Positions 22,531-32,999 of a stretch of 64,000 bases of DNA are shown piece after piece. The translations under genes and the position numbers were made by a program. Where the stretch lies: NCBI RefSeq assembly GCF_000143415.4, contig NW_003314263.1, positions 1,304,165 through 1,368,164 of the forward strand, read 5' to 3'. The notes below the pieces were generated by a model. That model made no database searches and was not told the DNA's origin. It saw only the letters and a program-made list of their open reading frames with translations. Numbering within the stretch: the stretch's first letter is position 1; each line of letters opens with the position of its first letter. Origin of the DNA: Selaginella moellendorffii (Eukaryota > Plantae > Lycopodiophyta).

Positions 22531-23823
22531 TCACGCTGCAGTCAACTCAAACGCGTAGTCCGAGCCCGTGACTATTTTCCTGAGCAAAAAAACGCCAAGA
22601 TCTAAGGTCTCGAGAACAAAAACACGATGACTCACCTCAATCTCACGCTACGAAGCTCACAGTTCGCAAACCTAAATCGCACAAGTGTAAGTACCAAGCA
22701 AATCTAGCATCCAAACACGCCACTTACACTGTCTTGTTCACAGCTTCGTCGCCAAACTTTGTCACAAGGTTGGTCAGAAAGCCTGCGTGGGAGACGACGG
22801 CAATCTCCTCCTCTCCACGACTCCATAGCCTGCAAGCTTGATCAGAAACTTACAACAGCTTTTGCAGACTGCCCACGTACCATTCTAGAAAAGCTCTCGC
22901 CCTTTTGTCGAGCTCCTCTTCTAGTTCTCTTCTGTCAGGCTTCCACAGCTCGTCCTGGTCCTGTTCGATCTGATAGAGAAGAGAAACAGAGTTGGATCAA
23001 GTCACACAACTCGATCAAGTCGAATCATCCTTACGTTCGAAAAGTCAATCCCTGGAAACTGAATTTCGGATTTGCTCCTGGGACTCCTCTGATCGCATGG
23101 CATGGTACCCTGTTCATCAAAACTTTGCGTCAACTAGCTACATTGACAGAGAGAAAAAATATGGGAGAGCCAACATACCAATTTCTCCCTGCAAAGCTCC
23201 AGTGCTACGAAAGGAGGGGAGTTTGCACTGGAGATGGCTGGTCGTGGACACCGTCCAACGTTGTCTACCATCAGAGGAGCTGCTAGTTGATCAGTGGTAT
23301 CAGTGAAATTCCCTCCTCCAAAAATCCCAGATGCAGTTTGGAGCGTCCTGGAAGGCAAACTTAGAAGAGTTCTCGAGAGGAGAAATCACACTACCGAGTC
23401 AAGGGCGATACCACAACAAGCTCCACTCGATCTCTCAATCCGGAAATCCTGAATTCCCTGTGAAGAAACTCAGCCTTGAAGGAGAGCGATCAATCATTTA
23501 CCAAATGAATGGAGGAAAGGAAAATCGAAATGGTGACTTACTTGTTCCCAGCCAGTAGCCGTGAGGCTCGCGTCGGCGTGCTCGTAGTAAATGGGCATCA
23601 CAGCAGCTGGGGATGAGGAGGGACGAGGAGGCGCTGGGGAAACGATACAGCACAAGAGAAGCCACAGGCATCGAAAAGCCCTCAAAAAGTGCTTGAGCGT
23701 GAGGCGCCGCCATCTCCCGTCCAGGAAAATCTTCCAGGAGCTCCTCATTTGCAGTAGAATCTCACCCTGGACGTTGTGGAAGGCTTGGCCATGGCGCACA
23801 AGGTGTAGCACCTTCGAATCCAT
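22531..23823 (-). CDS. Phosphoglycerate-mutase-like histidine phosphatase (copy 2, inverted)
   Basis: Near-identical to 1637-2925: RHG motif and the same exon structure; stop at 22531-22533. Confidence 0.85.
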
Positions 23824-23934
23824 CCTTTTCTCGAAGAACCCTAAAAAACGTCCACTATTTTAGCTCTTTCCGTGGCGCCAATTTTAAATTGCCAATCTAG
23901 GTTTGATATTTTGCCATTGCCCCGATTCGGGGGC

Positions 23935-24160
23935 GATGGCTATGGCGATGGCGCGATGGGGATAAGCTTGGGATTCGATGTGGCAATGGTGAGCCGACGA
24001 GATACTGCCGTGATCATGCAAGGTATGCTAGAGAGCTTTTGTTGTTCTGGCATTGATTCTATTCCGTAAGGTGAAGTGTTTTAGGGCAATGTGACTGGGA
24101 TAGTTCGCAAGGACATTAGAGCGATGAAAATCCATCACAATATCGTGGAGGGTGTTTAGA
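23935..24160 (+). pseudogene. Decayed 5' exons of a paralog of the signal-peptide PIP5K-like gene
   Basis: gattcgatgtggcaatgg..gagccgacgagatactgccgtgatc..ag|gtatgc parallels exon 1. GNVTGIVRKDIRAMKIHHNIV parallels exon 2 (GNVTAVFPKQIRAMKRLQKNIV). Confidence 0.65.
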
Positions 24161-24708
24161 TGGATTTTCATCCTTCGGATGTCTTTGTTTAGCTTTTCCA
24201 GCGGATTTACTGTAATTTGGAGCTTCGCACAAGCTTTGTTATCAAGGCATCTGCGAGGTATGGTGAGGTACTTTGTAGATTTGTGTGCCTGTTGGTACCA
24301 ACAATTTTAATAGCTTTTTACTCTCTTGAGAAACAGCTACGTCTCTATGTCTCACTCACGCACTCTTTTTGCCTGGTGAGCTGAGGAACTTGTGGCAATT
24401 ATTATAGCTGGAACTTACGTTTCCACTGGTTTTTGCGGGGATCCCTAATGCGTTTGGGTGCTTGAGAACTATTTCTTTCCACAGACGAGGTAAGCATATA
24501 GATCTTACAGTACTGATGTCTTCTTTGGGACAGCTAACGAGCTCCACATGCCAGGCCAAGTGGTACTTGCTGCGCTCATTTACATCCAAACTATATGCCT
24601 CGGTCGTGAAGAAATATTTCATAGCGCGACTGAAGCACCGATGCTCGTCCCTTGTCCGGGGGCGCCCGAAAGAAAGAAAGTATCTGCTCAGCACGCTTTT
24701 CACGTCCC

Positions 24709-27147
24709 ATGGCGGTTTGCTCTTTCGTGATTCTCCTGATGATTGGTGCCGTTACTCCATCGTTTACGCAGGATCAAGGCGCAGCGCCCCTCAACTCGAC
24801 ATGGATACTCGACGGCTCCTCGTCGCGCATTGTCCTCTCAGTGCCCGATGCAAAGTTCCCAGTTTTCGCCGGCTTTCTCCCCACTTGCGACCACTGCCCC
24901 AGGCCCCGGTATTACTTCTCGGTCTTCTTCCAGGATCCGAGCTCCAACCAGAGCACGCAGGTTGTATGGCGAGCAGGCCTCCCGATTTCCGAAGGTGGTA
25001 TGCTCAGCTTGACCGCAGATGGAAACTTGGTGCTATACAGAGATGGCCATGCGAAGAGTCCAGTGTGGTCGACAGGCACCGCCAGGAAAGGAGTCCTAGA
25101 AATGAGGCTAGACTATACCGGCAACTTGCTGCTCAACAAGGCCAAATATGATGGCACCGCCTGGCAGAGCTTCCGGAACCCGACCGACGCGCTGCTGCCG
25201 ACGCAAAATCTAGAGTCAGGAACGAGCATGGTTTCTAACAGCGTCCAAGAGGCGGAGGGGTTCCAAGGCTACTTCACGCTCGAGGTGAGAGTCTCGGAAA
25301 TAGTGATGACCGCCCAGGCGCCGGTGGCGCCTCAAATCTACAAACTGTGGAGAAATCCGAGTAGCCTCGACGTGGGTGACATGTCTCTCGAGTCTGGCTG
25401 CCAGCTCAAGATCTACACCACAGACGGGCAGCCCTGCTGGTCGACGCCATCTTTTTGTATCGACTCGACAACGCTGGAGGTGCTGAGGATACACCCCGAC
25501 GGGACATTGCGCTATGACAACCAGCCCGAAAAAGCCTCGGTGTATCTCAACGCGTTGCTCTTCGATGACGTAGAGGCTGTAAGCATCGGGGCTTGCGGGA
25601 AGAAGAGCGTCTTCGACGTGGAAACCAGGAAGTGTGGCTGTCCGCTGCTACAAGGCGAGAGATCATACTTCCAGCAGCTTGATCCGGCCGATGCTTCCAA
25701 AGGGTGCCAGCCTTGGGAGCCGGAGGACCCGTGTGACGGACTGTATAACTCGTCAAACCACGTCATGCTCCAAGCGGCTGGCTTCTACAACTACGCGCCG
25801 CTGCGATTCATGGCAGCCAACGAGGGAGACTCGTGCGTGAGCTCCTGCTTGGAGGACTGCGCTTGCAAGGCGGCGTTTGTCTCTAGCAACTCGTCCGCGA
25901 CGTGCTTCCGAGTGACCGAGTTCTACACGCTGCGCGGCAGCAGCTACAACACAACGCCGTCGTTCAAAGCGTTTCTCAAGGTTGAAAAGAAGAGACCATC
26001 CGCTCCAGAGATAATCGTCAAGCCTCAAGTCAGACCCCCTACCGGCGGCTGGAGCTCCAACGTCCAAGCCATCCTCATTGGCGTCTTCATGCTGCTCTTG
26101 GCGATGGCGACGGCAATGGTGACGTTCATCACTTTCTACTGGAAGAGAGCTAGCGACGCTGTGGACCAGGGCCAGGCTTTGTCGTCCGAGCTACCTCGGC
26201 CCTTCTCGCTGCACGAGCTGGAGGTGGCGACCGAGAAGTTTAGCAGGGAGATCGGGAGCGGGGGATTCGGATCGGTCTTCGAAGGTGTTCTTGCGGACGG
26301 GAGCCGGGTGGCCGTGAAGCGCGTGAGCGACTCCAAGCAAGTCCACAAGTTGTTTGAAGCCGAGGTGGTGGCCATCATCAGCATCCACCACAAGAACTTG
26401 GTGCGGCTCCGGGGATTTTGCTGCCCGAACTTGCTCGTCTACGAGTTCGTCGCCAATGGTTCTCTCGACCGCTGGCTGTTTGATGACGACAAGTTCCTGG
26501 ACTGCGATGCCAGATACTCGATCGCTCTCGACATCGCTCGGGGACTGTCCTACCTCCACGACGGATGCCGGACGAGGGTGCTACACTTGGACATCAAGCC
26601 GCAGAACATACTGCTGGACGAGAAATTTCGAGCAAAGATCTCCGACTTTGGGCTCTCGCGGCAAGGCGAGCTTCAAGCGGTGGACGAGATGGTCATCCGG
26701 GGGACTCCGGGATACATGGCTCCGGAGTGGCTCCACTTCCAGATTAGTGACAAGCTCGACACTTACAGCTTTGGAGTGGTGGTGCTGGAGATGGTCACTG
26801 GCAAGCCTGCGTGCTCTCCTTGCGGATCGAAGTTCCTGGCTGGAGGAGTTCTTGAGATGTCTCAAAAAAGGCCAGTAGTGGAGATCATGGACAAGAGGAT
26901 GAACTTTTCTTCACAATGTTTCAAGAAGATGGAGAAGCTGCTGAGAATTGGATTGTGGTGCGTCCAGAGTGATCCCGGCCAGAGACCATCGATGGGATAT
27001 GTCACGAAAATGCTGGAGGGATCCTTGGAAACAGTGGACGCTCCTCCAATCCCTCCCAAATCTCGCGCCGGGAAGGAGGAGGCAATCGACATGAGATCGT
27101 GCTCTTTGAGTGACATTGTGAGAGTTCATGTAGATCAACGGCTGTAA
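24709..27147 (+). CDS. G-type (B-lectin/S-domain, PAN) receptor-like Ser/Thr kinase, non-RD, intronless (RLK-A1)
   Basis: Signal peptide; B-lectin motifs (VVWRA, LTADGNLVL, WQSF.NPTD.LLP); PAN CxxxCLxDCxC; TM helix; GSGGFGSV, VAVK, HLDIKPQN, DFG, GTPGYMAPE. Confidence 0.95.
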   Translation: MAVCSFVILLMIGAVTPSFTQDQGAAPLNSTWILDGSSSRIVLSVPDAKFPVFAGFLPTCDHCPRPRYYFSVFFQDPSSNQSTQVVWRAGLPISEGGMLSLTADGNLVLYRDGHAKSPVWSTGTARKGVLEMRLDYTGNLLLNKAKYDGTAWQSFRNPTDALLPTQNLESGTSMVSNSVQEAEGFQGYFTLEVRVSEIVMTAQAPVAPQIYKLWRNPSSLDVGDMSLESGCQLKIYTTDGQPCWSTPSFCIDSTTLEVLRIHPDGTLRYDNQPEKASVYLNALLFDDVEAVSIGACGKKSVFDVETRKCGCPLLQGERSYFQQLDPADASKGCQPWEPEDPCDGLYNSSNHVMLQAAGFYNYAPLRFMAANEGDSCVSSCLEDCACKAAFVSSNSSATCFRVTEFYTLRGSSYNTTPSFKAFLKVEKKRPSAPEIIVKPQVRPPTGGWSSNVQAILIGVFMLLLAMATAMVTFITFYWKRASDAVDQGQALSSELPRPFSLHELEVATEKFSREIGSGGFGSVFEGVLADGSRVAVKRVSDSKQVHKLFEAEVVAIISIHHKNLVRLRGFCCPNLLVYEFVANGSLDRWLFDDDKFLDCDARYSIALDIARGLSYLHDGCRTRVLHLDIKPQNILLDEKFRAKISDFGLSRQGELQAVDEMVIRGTPGYMAPEWLHFQISDKLDTYSFGVVVLEMVTGKPACSPCGSKFLAGGVLEMSQKRPVVEIMDKRMNFSSQCFKKMEKLLRIGLWCVQSDPGQRPSMGYVTKMLEGSLETVDAPPIPPKSRAGKEEAIDMRSCSLSDIVRVHVDQRL

Positions 27148-27294
27148 TTCAAATGGGAAGCGCGCGCCATATTATCGACGGCTGTATGCTCTCGAACTTG
27201 GTGCAATCCGGTAGTGGCATAATCTCGCCATTTGGATTTATGGCGCGGCAGGAAATCCATTGGGAAGTGATGACAAGCGCGCGGCATTTGTTTG

Positions 27295-28290
27295 ACGATG
27301 GAGTCCATCTGCGGAGTTTTTGGTTGTATGAGCGTAGGTGCCAACGGATCTGGCATTGGGCGGTTGGAATTCTTTTTTTTTTTTTTCAGATGGCCGTCGG
27401 TGTGGTGGTTGTATTCCTTCCTTCGAAAAGAGCTATCAGCGGAATACTAATGTTTGGTTGAAGGAAATCGACCAACTTGTCGCATTCTTTGCAAAAACTA
27501 TTTATTTTTCCTTCCATACATGATTTGCTGAAAACTAAAGCAGGTCCAACCGTGGAAGTTGGACCAGGTTAAGAAGTTATAAATCTCTCGACGGCCAACT
27601 ATCTGGGATTTGTCGGTCAGGAAATGAAAAGCGTAGGTTTTGTGTTTTTGTGTAAGACTTACCTTGCCAGTTTCTTGAATCGAATCTTATGTTTTTTTGC
27701 AAGCGATGGGGATTTAATCATAGCGTAAGTGGATTTGCTTTCTAACGTTTTCTGTAGTTAAGTGATGAGGAGGGGTCGAAAATGGCCTGCAGCTTTCTTG
27801 AAGCACCATCAAGTATTTGATATTGGAGCTTTATGGTTTGTGTTGATAATTAAATTGGCACCTTTGCACAAGATTGTATGAGGGGAATTTTTTCCTCGTA
27901 CTCACTCATTGATGAAAAGATTTTCTCAGCAGTCTTTGATTGTGCTTACCAGTCAGTGGTTTCTGCCTGATTGAAAGGACTGCAATGGGCACGTCTGTAA
28001 GAGTTTTCGATCATTAGGTACCTTTTTCTATTTATGCGGGACAATCCTAGCATAATGCTTTTGGCCGTCGTTACCTCCGTTCCTAGCTAGAGCAGCGCGA
28101 TCGAGGAGGATCCAAGTTCGCCGGCGCAGCACTTTTCTTTCCACAGGGATTTTATTTTCCATGACAGGCTTGCCGGACGTCTCCAGCATGCAGCGACGCA
28201 AGCTCCCGATTGTTCTTCTTCACCTCAGAATCTCGCTAGGATCGTTTCACGCTGACGCTGCTTGTTTACAAACCATCGTGGATGAGGTAT
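27295..28290 (+). pseudogene. Decayed LCB1 (serine palmitoyltransferase subunit 1) copy
   Basis: Colinear patches matching 35910-37821, e.g. aagagctatcagc, gaaggaaatcgaccaacttgt, ataaatctctc..gccaactatctgggatt, gatcgtttcacgc..ccatcgtgga.gaggta. Many deletions. Confidence 0.85.
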
Positions 28291-28787
28291 TATGAATAAT
28301 CCGCCTTTCTCTTGGTTGATTGGAATAGGAAATCTTACTCATGTTTTCTCTCTATTGTCGATCCACCGATCAAGGTTTCTGAAAGCGACGGCAAGGTACT
28401 TCCCTTCATAGCTTTGTGTGCCTGTTGGTAACTTGGTTTCAAACATATCTTCACACTTTTCAGAAACACATAAAAGGTAAATATCTTTGTCTCATGTATT
28501 CTTTTGGCCTGAGCAGCTTTCTATGTATTACTTTAGCCCGATGAACTTCATTCCCTGGAACTTCGGGTTCCTTTGTGAAACAAGTAATCTTCATGATCCA
28601 ATAACTATTTCTTCACAAGCATATAAATCTTCATACCGAGCCAAATGCTAGTCTCTGCGCTCTTTGGAATCCGAATTATATGCCTCGGTTGTAAAGAAAT
28701 GTTTCCATCACGCGACTGAAGCACCGATGCTTCTCCCTTGTCTGAAGGTGCTCGAAAGAAAGTATCTGCTCAGCAACTTTACAACTC

Positions 28788-31181
28788 ATGGCGGTTTGCT
28801 CTTTCATGATTCTCCTGATGATTCGTGCAGTTACTCCATCGTTTACGCAGGATCAAGCCGCAGCGCCTCTCAACTCGACATGGATACTCGACGGCTCCTG
28901 GTCGGGCATTGTCCTCTCGGTGCCCGATGCACAGTTCCCAGTTTTCGCCGGCTTTCTCCCCACTTGCGACCACTGCCCCAGGCCCCGATACTACTTCTCG
29001 GTCTTCTTCCAGGATCCGAGCTCCAACCAGAGCGCACAGGTGGTATGGCGAGCAGGCGTGCCGGTTTCTGAAGGTGGTATGCTCAGCTTGACCGCAGATG
29101 GAAACTTGGTGCTATACAGAGATGGCCAAGGGAAGAGTCTGGTGTGGTCGACAGGCACCGCCAGGAAAGGAGTCCTAGAAATGAGGCTAGAGTCATCGGG
29201 TAACTTGGTGCTCAACAAGATACACTATGCTAGCCCTGCCTGGCAGAGCTTCTGGAACCCGACCGATTCGCTGCTGCTGCAGCAAGGGCTGAAGTCAGGA
29301 ATGGGCATGGTTTCTAACAGCGTCCAAGAGGCAGAGGGATTCCAAGGCTACTTCACGCTCGAGGTGGGGACTTCGGGAATAGTGATGACAGCCGAGGCGC
29401 CGGTGTCACCTCAAATCTACAAAGTGTGGAGCAATCCGAGTAGCCTCAACGTGATCAAGATGTCTCTCGACTCTGGCTGCCAGCTGAAGATATACATGAC
29501 AGACTGGGAGCCCTTCTTGACGACGCCACCTTTTTGTACCGACTCGACAGCGCTCGAGGTGCTGAGGATACACGCCGATGGGAGTTTGCGCTTCGACAAC
29601 CAGCCCAAGATGGCGTCGGTGAATCTCAACGCTTTGCTCTTCAATGACTTAGAGGCTGTAAGCATTGGGGCTTGCGGGAAGAAGAGCGTCTTCGACGTGG
29701 AAAACAGAAAATGTGGCTGTCCGCTGCTGCAAGGCGAGAGATCATACTTCCAGCAGGTTGATCCCGCTGATGCTTCAAAAGGGTGCCAGCCTTGGGAGCC
29801 GGAGGGCCCGTGCGACGGACTGTATATCTCGTCCAAGCACGTCATGCTCCAAGCATCTGGCTTCTACAACTATGCGCCGCTGCGGTTCATGGCAGCCAAC
29901 GAGGAAGAGTCGTGCGTGAGCTCGTGCTTGAAGGACTGTGCTTGCAAGGCAGCGTTCGTCTCCAGCAACTCGTCCACGACGTGCTTCCGGGTGACCGAGT
30001 TCTACACGTTGCTCGGCAGCAGCTACAACACGACGCCGTCGTTCAAAGCGTTTCTCAAGGTTGAAAAGAAGAGGCCATCCGCTCCAGAAATAATCGTCAA
30101 GCCTCAAGTCAGACACCATACCGGCGGCTGGAGCTCCAACGTCCAAGCCATCGTCATCGGCGTGTTCGTGCTGCTCTTGGGGATGGCAACGGCAACGGTG
30201 ATGTTCATCACTTTCTACTCGAAGAGAGCGAGAAGCGATGCTGTGGACCAGGGCCAGGCTTTGTCGTCCGAGCTGCCTCGGCCCTTCTCCCTGCACGAGC
30301 TGGAGGTGGCGACCGAGAAGCTTAGCAGGGAGATCGGGAGCGGGGGATTCGGGTCGGTCTTCGAAGGTGTTCTTGCGGACGGGAGCCGGGTGGCCGTGAA
30401 GCGCGTGAGCGACTCCAAGCAAGTGCACAAGCTGTTTGAAGCCGAGGTGGTGGCCATCATCAGCATCCACCACAAGAACTTGGTGCGGCTCCGGGGATTT
30501 TGCTGCCCGAACTTGCTCGTCTACGAGTTCGTCGCCAATGGTTCTCTCGACCGCTGGCTGTTTGATGACGACAAGTTCCTGGACTGCGATGCCAGATACT
30601 CGATCGCTCTCGACATCGCTCGGGGACTGTCCTACCTCCACGACGGATGCCGGACGAGGGTGCTACACTTGGACATCAAGCCCCAGAACATACTCCTGGA
30701 CGAGAAATTTCGAGCCAAGATCTCTGACTTTGGGCTCTCGAGGCAAGGCGAGCTTCAAGCGATGGACGAGATGATCATCCGGGGCACCCCGGGATACATG
30801 GCTCCGGAGTGGCTTCAATCCCAGGTGAGCGACAAGCTCGACACCTTCAGCTTTGGAGTGGTGGTGCTGGAGATGGTCACTGGCAAGCCCGCTTCCTCTC
30901 CTTGCGGATCGAAGTTCCTGGCTGGAGGAGTTCTCGAGATGTCTCGAAACAAGCAAGTTGCGGAGATCATGGACAAGAGGATGAGCTTTTCTTCGCATCA
31001 ATGTTTCAAGAAAATGGAAAAGCTGCTGAGAATTGGATTGTGGTGCGTCCAGAGTGATCCTGGACAGAGACCATCAATGGGATACGTCACAAACATGCTG
31101 GAGGGATCCTTGGAAACGGTTGACGCTCCTCCAATCCCTCCTTATTTTCGAGCCGGGAAGGAGGCCATCGACATGACATAG
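28788..31181 (+). CDS. G-type lectin receptor-like kinase, non-RD, intronless (RLK-A2; tandem paralog of RLK-A1)
   Basis: Same architecture and motifs as 24709-27147, with high identity. Confidence 0.95.
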   Translation: MAVCSFMILLMIRAVTPSFTQDQAAAPLNSTWILDGSWSGIVLSVPDAQFPVFAGFLPTCDHCPRPRYYFSVFFQDPSSNQSAQVVWRAGVPVSEGGMLSLTADGNLVLYRDGQGKSLVWSTGTARKGVLEMRLESSGNLVLNKIHYASPAWQSFWNPTDSLLLQQGLKSGMGMVSNSVQEAEGFQGYFTLEVGTSGIVMTAEAPVSPQIYKVWSNPSSLNVIKMSLDSGCQLKIYMTDWEPFLTTPPFCTDSTALEVLRIHADGSLRFDNQPKMASVNLNALLFNDLEAVSIGACGKKSVFDVENRKCGCPLLQGERSYFQQVDPADASKGCQPWEPEGPCDGLYISSKHVMLQASGFYNYAPLRFMAANEEESCVSSCLKDCACKAAFVSSNSSTTCFRVTEFYTLLGSSYNTTPSFKAFLKVEKKRPSAPEIIVKPQVRHHTGGWSSNVQAIVIGVFVLLLGMATATVMFITFYSKRARSDAVDQGQALSSELPRPFSLHELEVATEKLSREIGSGGFGSVFEGVLADGSRVAVKRVSDSKQVHKLFEAEVVAIISIHHKNLVRLRGFCCPNLLVYEFVANGSLDRWLFDDDKFLDCDARYSIALDIARGLSYLHDGCRTRVLHLDIKPQNILLDEKFRAKISDFGLSRQGELQAMDEMIIRGTPGYMAPEWLQSQVSDKLDTFSFGVVVLEMVTGKPASSPCGSKFLAGGVLEMSRNKQVAEIMDKRMSFSSHQCFKKMEKLLRIGLWCVQSDPGQRPSMGYVTNMLEGSLETVDAPPIPPYFRAGKEAIDMT

Positions 31182-31259
31182 TGTCCTTTTTGTGAGAGTT
31201 CATGTACATCAACGGCTGTAATTCAAACAAGAAAGCGCGCGGCACATGATCGACGTGAG

Positions 31260-31535
31260 AGGGTGAACTTCAACTTTCATTGTACCGAAGGATGCCCGCA
31301 TCGTTTTTATGGCACCGTTGGTCAGTGTTAAATTTACTTTCTTTAACATATCAAGGGTTGTGTTTTTGTGTAGATTTGTGTAGAATCAATTCGTCTGAAT
31401 TGACTCCTATGCGCATGCGAGGGGGATTTAATACTAGCGTAAGGGTCATGGGATTTGTTTGATAACGTTTTTTGTGGTTCTGTAATGAGAGTTTGAGTTG
31501 GGGGATGTAAAATGGCTTGCAAGTGTTTGCTCTCT
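31260..31535 (+). pseudogene. Short decayed LCB1 fragment
   Basis: ttttatggcaccgttggtcagtg, tgtgtttttgtgtagat and gcgagggggatttaatactagcgtaag match LCB1 at 36636-36855. Confidence 0.7.
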
Positions 31536-32999
31536 GGATGATGAGAGTAAAAGCGAAGAGAAAAAGACATGTAGAGAGACTAAAAACACTACTACAGAAT
31601 TATAGTATTGGCATTCTAAGGCCAAACATATGGTGATGTAGTTGCAATAGAGCTTTCCACCCACTCTCAGGCCTATACATCAAAAGTGATACTTTATTTG
31701 AACAGCCTTGTCTTGTCCTAGGGTGATTTATATCCTCCCACATTTGGCCATAAACATCAACAATGAAGCATATTTGGCATAAATGCTTGTGCTTATGTTA
31801 AGCTCTCATAAAAAAAGCTAAAAAGTTAAGAACTAAATACAGAGAAAGTGCTAGTATAAATACTCAGAAAACAAAGCAGAAAGTATTATTTGTGTAAATG
31901 CCACAATAGCAAGCAATACAACCAATTCTCCCAAGATAAGAGCCTCTAGTGGCCTCTAAACAGAGAAGTAACCTGCCAAAGTTTGGATAAATAGGCTCAT
32001 GTTATGCCGTTCCATGAAAAACAAGTGTCTTAAACAAGCATAGTCCAGAATAGATGCCCGAAGAGGTTAACTGTTGAAACAAAGGTAAGAACCTCTCTAC
32101 CTTTCATCCTCCAAGGTTTTAGCAATTTGCAGGTGGAGAAGTGGCCTGCAAGAGCATCACATGGCTGTATGGAAGAGTAAGACATGCCACTATTTTGGCA
32201 AATGCCAGCAATGTTTATGTACATTTTAAGACTGGTAATAAATATGCCTTTGACGAGCATATTAGGCATCATCACATGCCCCACTCACCACAAAACACCA
32301 TTTGCCAGGAAATAAAGAGCATTAATAGTTAAATCTCCCATTCTCTCCTCCATTATCTAAAGAAACTCATGAGAGATCATGAGAGAGAGGTCTCCTAGCT
32401 GTTTAATCAGTGGCAGCAATCTCACAACGCCCAAGGAAAGATGAAGGGCTTCAAAAGTTACCCTCATGGAAGGCTTGACACTCAATTTATTTAGTGGCAC
32501 TTGCCCTAGTACAATCTCCCCACTGGGCAAATGTAATGACAATGACATTTTTCCACCCAGAGAAACTTTGCATGATGTCTCAAACTGCACATCACCAAAA
32601 TTATCATTGAAAATCCCAATAATAACACCCTCTAAGATAATATATGAGCCATGTATTGCAAGACATAGAGAAATATGACACTTGGTTGCACTGGCCTGCT
32701 GTCACAATTGCTACTATTGGCACTAGGCAAAATGGAGCTCATCCACACTAAGCAAATAGGTGTTATATATTATAAATGTGACTTTACCAATTTATTAGTT
32801 TCTTTTGCTCTATTGTCTTTGGCAAAAACCTTGCATATTGAGCTTAATCTTTTAATATCATTATATGCTAGTTTATTGTGTCTGTTAATTCCATTTTAGT
32901 CCTATGTGCTGTTTATGATAAATGTCTAGGTCTATTAGTGAGGCATATATATGGAATAGAGTCTTGAACATTATAGTGTTGTTTATATATCCAGCGCGC

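Noticed and set aside
24356-24703. Minus-strand 115-aa ORF upstream of RLK-A1
   Set aside because: No recognisable domain, and the paralogous region upstream of RLK-A2 does not keep the frame.
31600-32950. Possible DNA-transposon or gene relic
   Set aside because: Only short ORFs, with no motif I can identify with confidence.
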